From NCBI RefSeq assembly GCF_009914755.1, contig NC_060941.1: 64,000 bases of DNA; one strand, 5' to 3'. Positions 1 to 13,815 of the stretch are shown piece by piece. The notes under the pieces are model-generated. The model did not search any database, was not told the origin of the DNA, and saw only the letters and a list, made by a program, of their open reading frames with translations. Origin of the DNA: the human T2T-CHM13v2.0 reference genome, Homo sapiens. Each line of letters starts with the position of its first letter. Position 1 is the first letter of the stretch. Position numbers and translations under genes: made by a program.

Positions 1-725
1 TCCGCCCCTCACCCACAAAAAATACTAGAAATAGGACAAAAATAAGGTTTTGAAACTTATTTGCTGGTTTTCAGAACTGCCATATTATGACGACTATCCT
101 TAATACTTATCTTTTCTTTTGGTTGGTTTTTCCTCCCTAGCTTTTGAATCCTAGCTCTTCCTTCTGGTTCCAGGGCTTAACCAAAAGGCAGATATTTGAC
201 ACTTGAACACGAAGTTCAGTGTCCAGCACAGTGGGCCTACTTTATGGATGCTATACAGTAAATACAAAGCACTGCTTTGCAAAATGTTTGTTTTTCTTCT
301 CAAACCCTGTATCCCAAACTCTCACAGCTTTTGAGTTTTAATTTTCCCACTCATGATTTCTTGGAAAGCCAGCAGGTAGAGAATGTGTGCTCAAGTGAAG
401 GCATGGGTGGCTGAAGGTGAAAATGTTTAAAAGGGTCCCTGACTTCTTGGCCAGGAAGAAATAAGCAACACAAAAGCAGGGAAGCCAACTGAACTGAACC
501 GTCCACTGACAGTCATTTAAGGTGGTGGGCTCACTCATTAAAAACCAAATGGAACAACAAAAAAAATCCTGTACATTTTTTTTCTGATAACTTTTCTCTA
601 TTAATATAAAATTTGACTTGTCTCTTCAACTATCCATATATAACTAAACAAAAGCACGGGGGCATAAAAGTGAAATTTTGCTATATTTTAACTGGAAGTT
701 GCATTTACTATTTAAATTTCAATCA

Positions 726-1043
<318 letters not shown>

Positions 1044-1910
1044 TTACTATTTTTTCTGTAGAATATAATCAATGATGGGGTTTTTGCAAAGTACCTCCTT
1101 CAACTCATCCCATTACAATACTATGTTTTCATGAGCCCCTTAATTTTAATGTCTATTTCAGTGGAAGTTCAATGAGTATCTCCTAAATTCTATTGACTTT
1201 ATTTTGGGAGGGTTTAGTTTAGCTTTCTTTCTTTTTGTGATCTATTTGTTTATGCTTATTGATAAAATCAAAGGGATTTTTATGTCATGAAATAATATGG
1301 CCTTAACATGGATGAAAGAAAAACTTGGATAAACATTACAAGAAGAAAGGAAAGGGAAATCCAACATTGCAGACCTTCTAGATAGTTTAGGGACTGACGA
1401 TTGAGAAGGGACAGACCAGAAAGTGTTCTTATCTTGGGGTTAAGCCTGTAAGTGTGATTGTTCTCTTAGCCCTAAAAATTTTGTCAGATGTTTCCACGTG
1501 AAACCTTCAGAGAAACACTATAAATAATTTGCATCAGAGAGAGGTAGAGAGAAAGGGAAAGAAAAGGCAAGTGGGAAAACAGATCTGAGGACTCACCCCC
1601 AAGCATGGAAAATCGAGGATGTGGGGATACTTAAGAAGTTAAATTTCTTGTTTTCTCTGCATATGTGTTGTCACATCACTGAAGAAAGAAAGTGCTTTCT
1701 GAAAGGAACTCTTTCTTGTTGCATGCCTTTCACACAACAGTGGGTTTACTTGACAGTGAACACTAGGCACGGGGCTCTGCTGTGAACAGCCCTGTTCTTG
1801 CCAGGATTAGGGGCCAGTGGGAGGTGCAACAGCACCCAGTCCGTTGCATCTGGCTCTACTACAGCAGGAGAACCAAAGGGCACAAGAGGTGAATAAAGAA
1901 TGGAACATTA

Positions 1911-2228
<318 letters not shown>

Positions 2229-2229
2229 C

Positions 2230-3350
2230 TAGAGGCTGGAATGGTCCAGGAAATCTGTCTAGAAACAGAGACATCCAAGATGGGACCTGTAGGAAGAGTA
2301 GGAGTTGGCCAGAAGAAGGGAGAAGAAACAGCATATGCCAAAGGCTGAAGATGAGAGAAAGCTCATCCTAACTGAAGATTTTTTAAAAGATCAGCACTGG
2401 TAGAGGGTGTGAGCAGCAGGAAAGGAAGAGGAGACAGAGAGGACTGGGGCAGGCAGGGCAGCCTTGCGAGCGCATCTGGGCTGCATCCTCAGGGCCGTGG
2501 GGACCCAGTGAAGAAAGATCACTCTGGATGTGGTGTGGAGGAGAGGTTGGAAGGGGACAAGCCTGGGGGCGGGAGCCTGTTCAGAAGCAGGGGAGGGCTA
2601 GTACTTTCCTGAACTAGGGGAAGGGCCTTGTGAATGCACAGAAGAGGATTAGCCAAGCTGAGGCTCAGAGGGCTGGGTGATGGACTGCTCATGGCAATGA
2701 AAGAGAGGAGGAAAGGAAGGGTTGGATCAAATGGGTGGACACTGACATGAACCGCATTTGGGAACACAGGAACGGCAGCAGCAGGTTTAAGGGGGTTCAG
2801 ATAATTATTTCCATTTTGGACATGGAGAGTTTCAGTTTTCAGTAGGACATGTCATCTGTTTTGATATCCAGGGAGGTTTTGGAAAGGGCTAGAACACACT
2901 ATGATCTAAAAGATCTGGGCTAGAGATAGAAAGTTGCCAGTTGTCAGAACATAGGTGGTAGTGACTGAGGTTGCCTAAGAGAGATTGCAGAGCCTAGTAA
3001 GAAAAGGAAGCCAGGAACAGTTTCCCTGTGGAGCAACAGGGTTTCAAGGCAAGAGACAAAGAGGGGCCGTGAAGGTTTCTAGGAAAGAGCTGTCAGAGAG
3101 GCAGAGGGCATCCCATTGTGTCAGATACTTCAGGGGAGTCAAGCTGGTAAAGACAGAGGCAGCAAGGATGTCACTGGCAACCGGAAGAGCAGTTTCTGTG
3201 GATTGATGGCAACAGAAGCTGGACTGTAAAGTAATAAGAAATGAGCAGGGATGGAGTACAGACAGAAGCTAGAAGGGAAACGGGATTAAGATAGATTTAT
3301 TTAATATGGGTTACACTTGAACATATCTCAACACTTATTGAATAGGGCCT
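2230..3350. mobile_element. Degraded L2 LINE fragments
   Basis: Purine-rich L2-type motifs (e.g. GGAAAGATCACTCTGG-like, GGAGAGGTTGG). Boundaries approximate. Confidence 0.5.
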
Positions 3351-3369
3351 TTTTCAGTAATTTAACAGT

Positions 3370-3600
3370 TACATAAATATATGTAGGACCTATTAAGTAG
3401 CAGACACTATTCCAATGCTTTTCAAACATTAGTTCACTCGATTCTTGCAATTCCTATGAGACAGGCTTTATTGTTTCTCTCATTTTGGAAATGAGGAAAC
3501 TGCTGCACAGAGAGGTTAAATAACTTGTTTGAGATCACATAGTTTCTAAATGGTGGGTCTGGGATTTGAACCTAGGCAGCCTGGTTCCAGAATCCATGCT
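3370..3600 (-). mobile_element. MIR SINE
   Basis: Reverse MIR core CATTTT..AATGAGGAAACTG..CACAGAGAGGTTAAATAACTTG..GGATTTGAACCTAGGCAG. Confidence 0.75.
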
Positions 3601-3617
3601 TTTAAGTTTTATCTCTC

Positions 3618-3627
<10 letters not shown>

Positions 3628-3648
<21 letters not shown>

Positions 3649-3927
3649 AGACGGAGTCTCGCTCTGTTGTCCAGGATGGAGTGCAGTGGCATGATCTCGG
3701 CTCACTGCAAGCTTCGCCTCCCGGGTTCATGCCATTCTCCTGCCTCAGCCTCCAAGTAGCTAAGACTACAGGTGCTCGCTACCATGCCTGGCTAATTTTT
3801 TGTATTTTTAGTAGAGACGGGGTCTCACCGTGTTAACCAGGATGGTCTCGATCTCCTGATCTTGTGATCTGCCCGCCTTGGCCTCCCAAAGTGCTGGGAT
3901 TACAGGCATGAGCCACCGCGCCCAGGC
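3628..3927 (-). mobile_element. Full-length AluY-like element
   Basis: AluY diagnostics GCAAGCTTCGCC, GCCATTCTCC and GGATGGTCTCGATCTCC; similar TTTAAGTT..ATCTCTCT flanks. Confidence 0.93.
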
Positions 3928-4834
3928 TTTAAGTTCTATATCTCTCTTTAACGCAACACATGGAAGATAATCTAAGAGGATACTTTAAGCCTTAAGAAAA
4001 ATGCAACAGTGGTAGCATTTAAAAAGACTGGGCTCCAGGTAATACTTCATAGTTTGGCAAAGGTTGAAAAATTACTTAAAGTAGCACAGAGCCTGACATC
4101 TTCATACCACTGTGCTGGTATCCTTCCAAAAATAAAGAATGCTGCTGTATTGATCTCTTTTATTTATATATTGATCATCTAGCATCATAGAAACAAATCA
4201 TTTGAACTAAATGGATTCTCAAAACAACTGGCTTCCTCTTAGAAAACAAATTCCTCAGGCTTCTTGCAAATAAATCTTGGCATAAGTGTCTTTGCTGAGC
4301 TTCCACATCTATGAGGCTGCAAGAGATCGTTATTGATCAACAGTTCCTTCCTTTGGAACGCTCTTTAAATTAGTTAGTGTTTAAAAAGATGCCTTTTCAA
4401 ATAATAACCTCTTTTCTAAATTGGCCTTAGACATTTTGTTTGCAAGGACCACTAGCATAATTAAAAAAAAAAAATCACAGCAAGCAACAAAGCCAACTAT
4501 TGAAGGAAAGAAACATTTCTCAGACTGCCCACATGAGAAATGGCTTTGCTGAGCCCCACTCTAAAAGCCAAGGGAAATTTCTGCTTGAATTGCAAGGAAC
4601 CACAGTAGAGGTGAGAAAGATGCTCCATCCATTTTAGCAGCTCACATATATTTTAAAGTAAAAGTAGTGTTTTCATTTTCTTGCGCATTTGACTATGTGG
4701 AGTAGGAGGGGAAGACCAGGCTTAGAAGTTCTGGATTTGAGACTTGGTGTTGCTAAGAGCTGCCTAAAAAGAACCAGGCACTTACCCTCAGGTGGGCTTA
4801 AGATTTTCATTTTTGAAGTGGGGGATGAGGGTAG

Positions 4835-5183
<349 letters not shown>

Positions 5184-7937
5184 TAAAGATTCTTTTCAGC
5201 TTCAAGATTCTGTTAATCAATGAAATAACATGGAATTATGATTTCAGCTGGTATAAAAGAAAACAGATTCACATGAATCCAGTATAGTTAATACTCTGCT
5301 TATTAAGCTTTGTTAAGAACAGAAGAAGAACGGATGAGAGAGAACACGATGTTTGAGAACAGAGTGATGGTGAGCTTAAGTGGAAAACTGCCATTTAGAA
5401 GAAAAGAAGATCAGAATAAAAACCTAGCTAGAAAAAATGGGGCATAGGATCTGAAAGACAAGTCTGATATTTGAAGTGATCGGAGCTCAGGATCAGTCTT
5501 CGTGAAAAAGCATTAGGTCAAGAAGTGAAATGGTAGATTTGTGAACAGCAAGGCTGAAACAGAGGCCACAACATGGAAGAATATCCATTGTCTAGCTGGG
5601 AGGGATTTGAGGTCAAGCGCACATTCTGAGCTTCTCCAAATAAGCCTATCTACACAGTATCTAACCAAACACCATACAGTGTGTTCCGAAGAATACATGT
5701 GCTTCAGATGTAGAACACAATCCATCTTGTGATGTTAATGACACACTTGTTTTATATTCAAACAGGGAGCCCAAACTGCTTCTGTGTTCTGTTCCATGGT
5801 AGGTAGACATGAACTTACAATGAGATGCTATTTATTAACCATGCCAAAGAAAAAAAACTGGCCAAACTCGGAGACTTTGTAAACAAGAATTTGCTGACGC
5901 TATTTTTAAAAACAAAATGAAATCAGATAAGCCAGCTTGGAAAATAGAGAGGAAAGTAAATATATCTCTCCAAAGAACATCAATATTTGCTAAAATATGG
6001 AATAATTAGTTTTTTAGGCAGCAATGAAATACTACCTACAAAAATGATTCACTGTATTAAAACTGGCAGTCCAGTTGAGGTCTTGTAAGCGTTGTACAGG
6101 AAGCCAAGTTTATTGGGAGGAACCTGAGAAGAGCTCAGTTCTCCAGATGAGAGAATACAGGCTAACATCACTTGCGAATTTGGAATGAATCTGCTACTAG
6201 AAACGGCAAGAATATAAAAGATGGGAAAAAAGTAATTGGGAAGAAAAGAAAAATAATGCTTGTCTCTAAGAATGCTGCTGCTTTGTTTTATGAACTAGTC
6301 TATTTGTTTTGGCTCCAACTAAACTCAAGAATGTTTCTGCATATTTTACAGTGTAGTTTATAGACATCAAAGGAACAATCTCCCCTTTCATCATTATTTA
6401 CACATAAAAATAATGCAATTTGTGGTACATGTAAAATGTTACTTCTTAAAAAGCTCTCGAGTCTAATTTATTAATTGCTTGAGATTTAAAGTTAAACAAG
6501 GGTGAGATGCAAATCATCTGTTACTCTGAAATATTTTACCACCAAATCCTGTTTTATTAATGAGATGTTGAGCAGCCATATGAATATTTATTTAGGTGGT
6601 TAGAGGGCTTTATGAAGAATCCTACAGCAAGTGACAGAGACATAAAAGCTGAAGGGTTCTGCTTCTCTTGAAAAAATGGGGGTTGTTCTTTTTTTTAATT
6701 CCACTTTTTCCTCTGTGTTTCCAACATTAAAGCATTCCTGTAACCCACCAACCATCCCGGCCTTCTTGCTCCAAATCTTTTGCCTTTGCTGCTACTACTG
6801 CTGCTATTATAGCAATAGCCTCCCATTGACAACTCGGGAAATAACAGCCTGGTCTTTTTGGGTGGCAGGACAGCATCACATTAATTTTTGCCAATTACAT
6901 ACACTTGAAAAACATGATATATGTGTACTACTAGGTTTATTTTGCTTAATTTATTGATTTTGGTTCAGTTCCTTAGAAACTGCATAATTTACCATGCGAT
7001 ATTATAGATTTCCTGATGCAGTAGCAACAAGTCCCTTAAAAATAACTATATAAATGTAAAATAGAATGCGCTAGAAATGTCTTTAAATTGTTCCATGATT
7101 TATAAGGCACAGTTATGCAGAATCAGTTATGATAATACAACTGTTTATTCATAACTTCACTTTTCTCTCAGTAGCATATAACTACTATTGGAAAATATAC
7201 TTATATATGCATATATTCATTCTTTTTCTAGAAATGTTTACACACATGTACAACATACGCATACATTCTACTTTCTTTTAAAAAATTATACATATGTCTC
7301 AACCTATACATGTAAATATAGGATCAGGCACAATAGTGTCTGAAAGACTTCTGAAGTCAGGTGTTAAAGTTCTACAGCAACAAAGATGATCTGAAATGAA
7401 GTCCACCAACAGGCTGGCTCTCAGCCTAGTCCTGCCCTAGGGGTAATTCTTGCCATTTCAGTCTAGCCCCTTTACCCCTCTTCCACTGCACAGCCCCTCC
7501 TGCTGCCCCCAAGGCTGCCCGCTCCCCACTTGCAGACACCTTCAAGCTCTATTCCTCAGGTTCCTAAATGACTTCCTTGCCCTCTTCTTCTCCCTTCCTG
7601 CCCCAAATACCTCCTCCTACTCCTTCAAGTGAGATGATCTCATCTAATTGTTAGGAACAAAGTCTCTGATTGAACAGTTTCACATTAGAGTGTGAATTAC
7701 TTCAAGTGGTTTAATATGTTAATATATCAAGGATGTCTGAATCTTAAAAGAGGAGTTTGTTAAACTGAAGGCTTAGATATTTAACTAATCCAAGAACTAA
7801 CATTTTGTGGGGGTGGGGATATGGGGTCCCTACTTCTTTTAACAGTAAGGTTGGTGTTGATGTGTTTAAAGCTGCCTTGAAAACAAGCAATAATAGGTAT
7901 AAAATAAATTAATATATTTAGTAACCAGGGATTATAT

Positions 7938-8576
7938 GTGTATATATATATTTTGAGACAGAGTCTCACTCTGTCACCCAGGCTGGAGTGCAGTGGCACA
8001 ATCTCAACTCACTACAACCTCCACCTCCTGGGTTCAAGTGATTCTCCTATCTCAGCCTCCTGAGTAGCTGAGATTACAGGTGCGCACCACCGCGCCTGGC
8101 TAATCTTTTGTATCTCGTAGAAACGGGGTTTCACCACGTTGGCCAGGCTGGTCTGGAACTCCTGACCTCAAGTGATCCAGTCGCCTGGGCCTCCCAAAGT
8201 GCTGGGATTACAGGTGTGAGCCACTGTATTAGTCTGTTTTCATGCTGTTGGTAAAGATATACCCAAGACTGGGAAGAAAAAGAGGTTTAATTGGACTTAC
8301 AGTTCCACATGGCTGGGGAGGCCTCAGAATCATGGTGGTGGCAAGAGAAAATCAGAAGGATGAAAAAACGGAAACCCCTGATAAACCCATTAGATCTTGT
8401 GAGACTTATTCATTACCACTAGAACAGTATGGGGGAAACTGTCCCCATGATTCAAATTATCTCCCACTAGGTCCCTCCCACTGGGTCCCTCTCGCAACAT
8501 GTGGGGATTATGGGAGTACATGATGAGATTTGGGTGGGGACACAGAGCCAAGCCGTATCAGCCACCATGTCAGGCC
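7938..8576 (-). mobile_element. Alu (AluS) interrupted near its 5' end by a THE1 LTR
   Basis: Alu body runs to 8224 and resumes at 8561-8576 (GCCACCATGTCAGGCC). 18-bp TSD AGTA(A/T)CCAGGGATTATAT at 7920-7937 and 8577-8594. Confidence 0.9.
8225..8560 (-). mobile_element. MaLR THE1 (THE1C/D-like) solo LTR
   Basis: TGTATTAGTC...GCCGTATCA termini (TG..CA); 5-bp TSD GCCAC at 8220-8224 and 8561-8565. Confidence 0.9.
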
Positions 8577-8691
8577 AGTATCCAGGGATTATATTCTTTA
8601 AATCAATGAAGTCTTTATGTTTGAGCACCCAGTACTGTGGGTGTTATGAAGAAACGAAAAGTGTGAGGCATGAAATAATCAAATAATTATT

Positions 8692-8981
<290 letters not shown>

Positions 8982-10590
8982 TTAATAACAGGACCTCATG
9001 AAAGTGTAAGGTTCTTGAGGACTGGGGCAGTCAGCAGAGCTTCATGGAGGAGGGAGATAAGACCTTGAGATGATAAAACTTGACAAGTCTGAGGGTTAAA
9101 GATGCTGCTGAGGAGGAAGGTGAACAGCATGAGAGAAGGCAGGTTGCGTGGCTGGCAAGGTGCTTGTGGATAGTGAGAACCAGCTTGATTGGAAGAGAAT
9201 GTGTGTGTCAAGGAATAGTGAGAAACCTGGATGGGCTCTGAAAGCTAAGCAGAAGAGTTTGATCATGATGTTATAAGCAACCCTCTAAATTCAATTTAGT
9301 CATACGACATTTTCAGAAATTAAGACATCATCAAAAGATATAAAATAAAAAATGGAAAGTCCTATTGCCCCCAAATAATCACTATTACCCATCTGGAGAC
9401 CTACTCAGGACATCTTTTTATGTATATGACATGCTGCACTCTTTTCATTTATTATATATTAGCAATCTTGCCTCATTTTCAAAGAGATCTACTTCATTCT
9501 TTAAAAATGGCCTCATAATATTCCATTGTGTGGATGTGTCATAATTTGCTTTCCCCAGCTTTTTGCTCAAACAATCCTGCAAAGATATTGTATAGACTTG
9601 CAAGTATATCCAGAGATAGATTCCTGTCAGGGGGAACTGCTGGCCCAAAGGTTATGTGCATTTGAATGTTGGTAGATAAGACCATACTGCCCTCCACAGA
9701 GGCCACACTGGTTTATACTCCCAGAAATGGGGCACGAGCCTGCTGGTTTCCCTGTATCTTCATCATTGACCACGTTTTCAAAATGAAAACTTATACTGGT
9801 CGGGTGGCAGTCAGTCCCTTCAAAACTTTGGACTTCTGATTTACATTTATTTGATTATGAGTAAGAATGAGCATTTTTTTTTTCATAAGTTTGCTGGACA
9901 TTGATGTTCTATGAATTCTGCTTTCATGTTCTTTGCTCTTTTTGTCCACTGGGTTGTTAGTTTTCCTATTGATTTCCAAACCCTCTTTGTAAGACAAGGA
10001 CATCACAGTGATTTAAGATTTCTTTGGCAGAGTTCTTCACACTGGACTGAAGCTGAGAGCCTTTTGGCAGGGATATCGGCTGAGAGGAGGCTGTTTTAAA
10101 TCAATCGCAAGTTGAGAAGGGCTCCAAATAGGGTCATATCAGAGGAATAAGAAATACATTCAAGGACTCTGGTGAGAGACTTGAGATAAATTGGGATGAA
10201 GGAAAGAAAGGACAAAGATGAACTCAAAGTTTCTAACAGGAAACAGAAAGACTGGAGGTAACCCTGATAGACTGGAAAGAAGGGCCAATTTGGAAGGGAA
10301 GATCACAACTCAATGTTGTAGATGGTGACTCTGAAATAGTAGTGCATCTTCAAAAGAAGATGATTTACAGGCAGTGCAACATATAGGACCCAGCTAGGAA
10401 TCAGGCCAGGGCTTCTGGGAATCATCTCTATAGAAGTGACAGCTGACATCACAGAGGAGATGATCTTAGTGTGGAAAAGAAAAGGAGAAGCAAAGCCCAG
10501 GACATAGACTCGAGGAACACCCACTGGGAGGAAGAGAGACTAGCAGAAGAAAGACAAGTAAAAGAAGTATCATATAAGCTAAGATAAGAT

Positions 10591-10814
10591 AAGGGTTGGC
10601 AAACTACAGCCAGCTGGCCAAATCTAGCATTTACCTTGGTTTTGTCAATAAAGTTTTATTGGAACATAGCCATGCCCATCTGTTGACATACTGTCTATGG
10701 CTGCTCTCAGGCCACAACGTTAAAAGCTAAATAGCTTCAACTAGGACTATATGGCCTGCAAAGCCTAACATTTTTACTATTTGGCCCTTTACAGAACAAG
10801 CTTGACAATGCCTG
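10591..10814. mobile_element. hAT-Charlie MITE (MER58A-like)
   Basis: AGGGTTGGCAAACTACAGCC start, AATAAAGTTTTATTGGAACATAGCC core, ending GGCCCTTTACAG...CCTG. Confidence 0.8.
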
Positions 10815-11219
10815 TTTTAGAAGGAAAATTGTTGGTCAATCAATATAGTCAAATGCTGCATAGAGCTAGAGGATGATTAGAAGTAGAAAAACACTGTGGA
10901 ATTTGGAGAAGAGGCGATAGGTTACTCTGTCAATTTTCTATATTATGGTGGGATTACAAAAGGGACTTTAAGAGAATAGATGGAAGAGTTGAATCATATA
11001 CACATCAGAAAAAGAACAAGAGGTTGGTAGCTAGGAAGGGTTGCAAGAGAAACAACGCCATACAGTCTATCCACTTGTCTAGAGACCACACTCTGCTTGT
11101 TGGGCTTAGCTATGACTATAGGGCCTGGAGCTGTGAGTCAATTTCATCAAGGACATGGGAGAAAGAGAACTGTTGTACCAGTGGTACTTGAGTAAATGTA
11201 TTCAAGTACATTTCCTGCA

Positions 11220-11978
11220 CCTTATGCCATTGTGGTATAATTGCCTATAGTACAGCATGTTACTATACTGTAACATTACTGTATCATTACTGCACTATAG
11301 GCAATTATATAAATATATCTAAGCAAAGAAAAGGTACAGTAAAAATACAGTATAAAAGATACAAAATGGTGCACCTACATAGCGCACTTACCATGAATGG
11401 AGCTTGCGGGACTGGAAGTTGCACTTGTGAGTCAGTGAGTGAGTGGTGAGTGAATGTGAAGGCCTAGGACATTACTGTACACTACTGTAGACTTTAAGAT
11501 ACTCTACACTTAGGCTATGCTAAATTTATAAAACAACATTTTCTTTCTTCAATAATGAATTCATCTTAGCTTACTGGAACACTTTCACTTTATAAACTTA
11601 AAAAAAAATTTAAACTTTTTGACTCTTTGGTAATAACATAGCTTAAAACAGAAACACATTGTGCAGCTATACAATATTTTTTCCTTTCTTAAAAATTTAT
11701 TTTTATTTGACAGATAATAATTGTACATATTCCGTTTTTCTTTATATCCTTATTCCATAAGCTTTCTTCTATTAATTTTTTTGTTTTTACTTTTTAAGCT
11801 TTTTGTTAAAAATAAGACAAAAACACACACATTAGGCTAGGCCTACAAAGGGTCAGGATAATTAAGAAGTTACTAGGTGGTAAGGTTTTCTCATCATTTA
11901 TTTCATTGTAATCTTATGGGACTACCATCATCTATGTAGTCCATCTTGACTGATATGTTGTTATGTGACATATGACTG
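11220..11978. mobile_element. TcMar-Tigger3-family DNA transposon fragment
   Basis: AAAAGGTACAGTAAAAATACAGTAT and GCACTTACCATGAATGGAGCTTGC motifs; terminal GTTATGTGACATATGACTG. Left end uncertain. Confidence 0.7.
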
Positions 11979-12017
11979 CATATATAAATATGTGCATATA
12001 CACCTATGTAGCATATA

Positions 12018-12080
12018 TGAGGCTGGTGCAAAAGTAATTGCGGTTTTTGCCATTACCACAATTACTTTTGCACCATCTAA
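12018..12080. mobile_element. MADE1 (Hsmar1-derived MITE), internally deleted (63 bp)
   Basis: TIRs GGTGCAAAAGTAATTG / CAATTACTTTTGCACC; TA TSD at 12016-17 and 12081-82. Confidence 0.92.
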
Positions 12081-12330
12081 TACATATTAAATTGATCATT
12101 CAGTAATTTTGGTTGCTGAGGCTTACATTTATGTCATTCAATGATCATTACGTTCATTATACTGCCTTTGAACTATCTCCGATACAGTTTAGCATTATTA
12201 AAGATTAACAATGTCCAAGTAGTTTTTTGTTAAATTTTTAAAATTAAAAAACTAAAATTATCCATATATATTCCAATAGTTTACTAACCAAAGTACTTCA
12301 TTTTGGACCATGCAATAATACAATTAACCA

Positions 12331-12568
12331 CCAGCCTGGGCAACATGGTGAAACCCTGTCTCTATTAAAAATACAAAAACTAGCTGGGCGTGGTGACGCA
12401 CATCTGTAATCCCAGCTACTAAGGTTGGGGTCTGTGGAGGGAGGATCGCTTGAGCCCAGGAGTTGGAGGCTGCAGAGAGCCAAGATCGTGCCACTGCACT
12501 CCAGCCTGGGCCACATAGCGAGATCCTGTCTCAAACAAACAAACAAACAAACAAACAAACAGAAAAAC
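12331..12568 (+). mobile_element. 5'-truncated Alu (AluJ-like) with (CAAA)n tail
   Basis: GGAGGATCGCTTGAGCCCAGGAG (J-type); TSD CAATTAACCA at 12321-12330 and 12569-12578. Confidence 0.9.
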
Positions 12569-13815
12569 CAATTAACCATATATAGTCACCTAGTGACTTC
12601 CAAAGAGTACAATTTAGCCATTGGTGAAGAGGAATCTACTTTCACCTGTGTTCTTTTGATCACACTCTTCCTACTCACATATTCGTGTATTCGCTCATCA
12701 AACCTTAATTGATTCCTTAACGTACACAAGGCAATGTTCCAGGGGCTAAAAATATCTCTCATAGCACTTGAAGGATTTTGTCCACTGAACAAAGAATCTT
12801 ATTTGACTAGTTTTAAAATAAAATAAAAACTGCCAGAGAATAGAATCGGAGGGAAGCTTTGGGGTAAAAAAAACTTTTGAGAGAGAACTGTTCCTTTCTT
12901 CTCCGCTCATTTATTGCTATTGCTTCTCCTTGCTCTAGGAAGCAAGGTCATAATTCACAGCCACAGCATATCCAAGCCTATCTTCCAGAGCATTCTTCCT
13001 GAAAAATGGCACTTACGCTTTATGCTACTATGACTGAATGGCTCTGTCTTTCTTTCTGAGTGAGCAGGCAAACCTTCTTAGGTGGGATGGAAAATACATT
13101 TCTATTCTTAGCATTATTAATTCTAATTCAGGAGGGCACAAAGAAAATGCCACTTTCCTTGTGCCCTACGGACGTGCATACAGGGGAGACAGGAATTAAG
13201 TAATGAACAGGTCCCAAACAATGCCATCTGATGCTAGGCATCGAGATTTCTTCCTGTTTCTCAATGTTACTAAAACACCACAATGAGGTTTGTAATTTTA
13301 TTCCTTGGGAAATTGATTCCTGTAAGCTTTTAGGACAGTAAGAATTGCCCAATCTTATGAAATATTCTACAACCCCCACCCCCCGCCCCCAACCAAGCCC
13401 TTCTGGTAACACAGACCAGATTGCTAGATGTCCTACTGGCAGCTGACCTTGTCTTGTGAACTCCAGTCAGTAGCCAAGGGAGAGAAGCATCAATGCTGTA
13501 AAATCTCTTTTCTATGCCTGCAAGCAAAAATTTTACAACATTTCTCCTTGACATGAAATCTCTGCTTGGACATCTGGCTTCACAGTGAGAAACTTTCAAT
13601 ACGCTAGCTTCAAAGAAAGGACTTAGCCCTGGTGGTGCAGTGATGCCAGAAGAATGTTCCACAGTCTCTTTAAAGAACTATTTCTAACGTTTCCCCAAAT
13701 GAACTTCTGTGAGCTCAGTGGATAGTGCCAACTCACATTTAGATAACTTGGCTTTGGCATACAGCCTTTTGTGGGCATTGCCCCTGGAGTATACAAATTG
13801 TGTTCTTAGATAATA

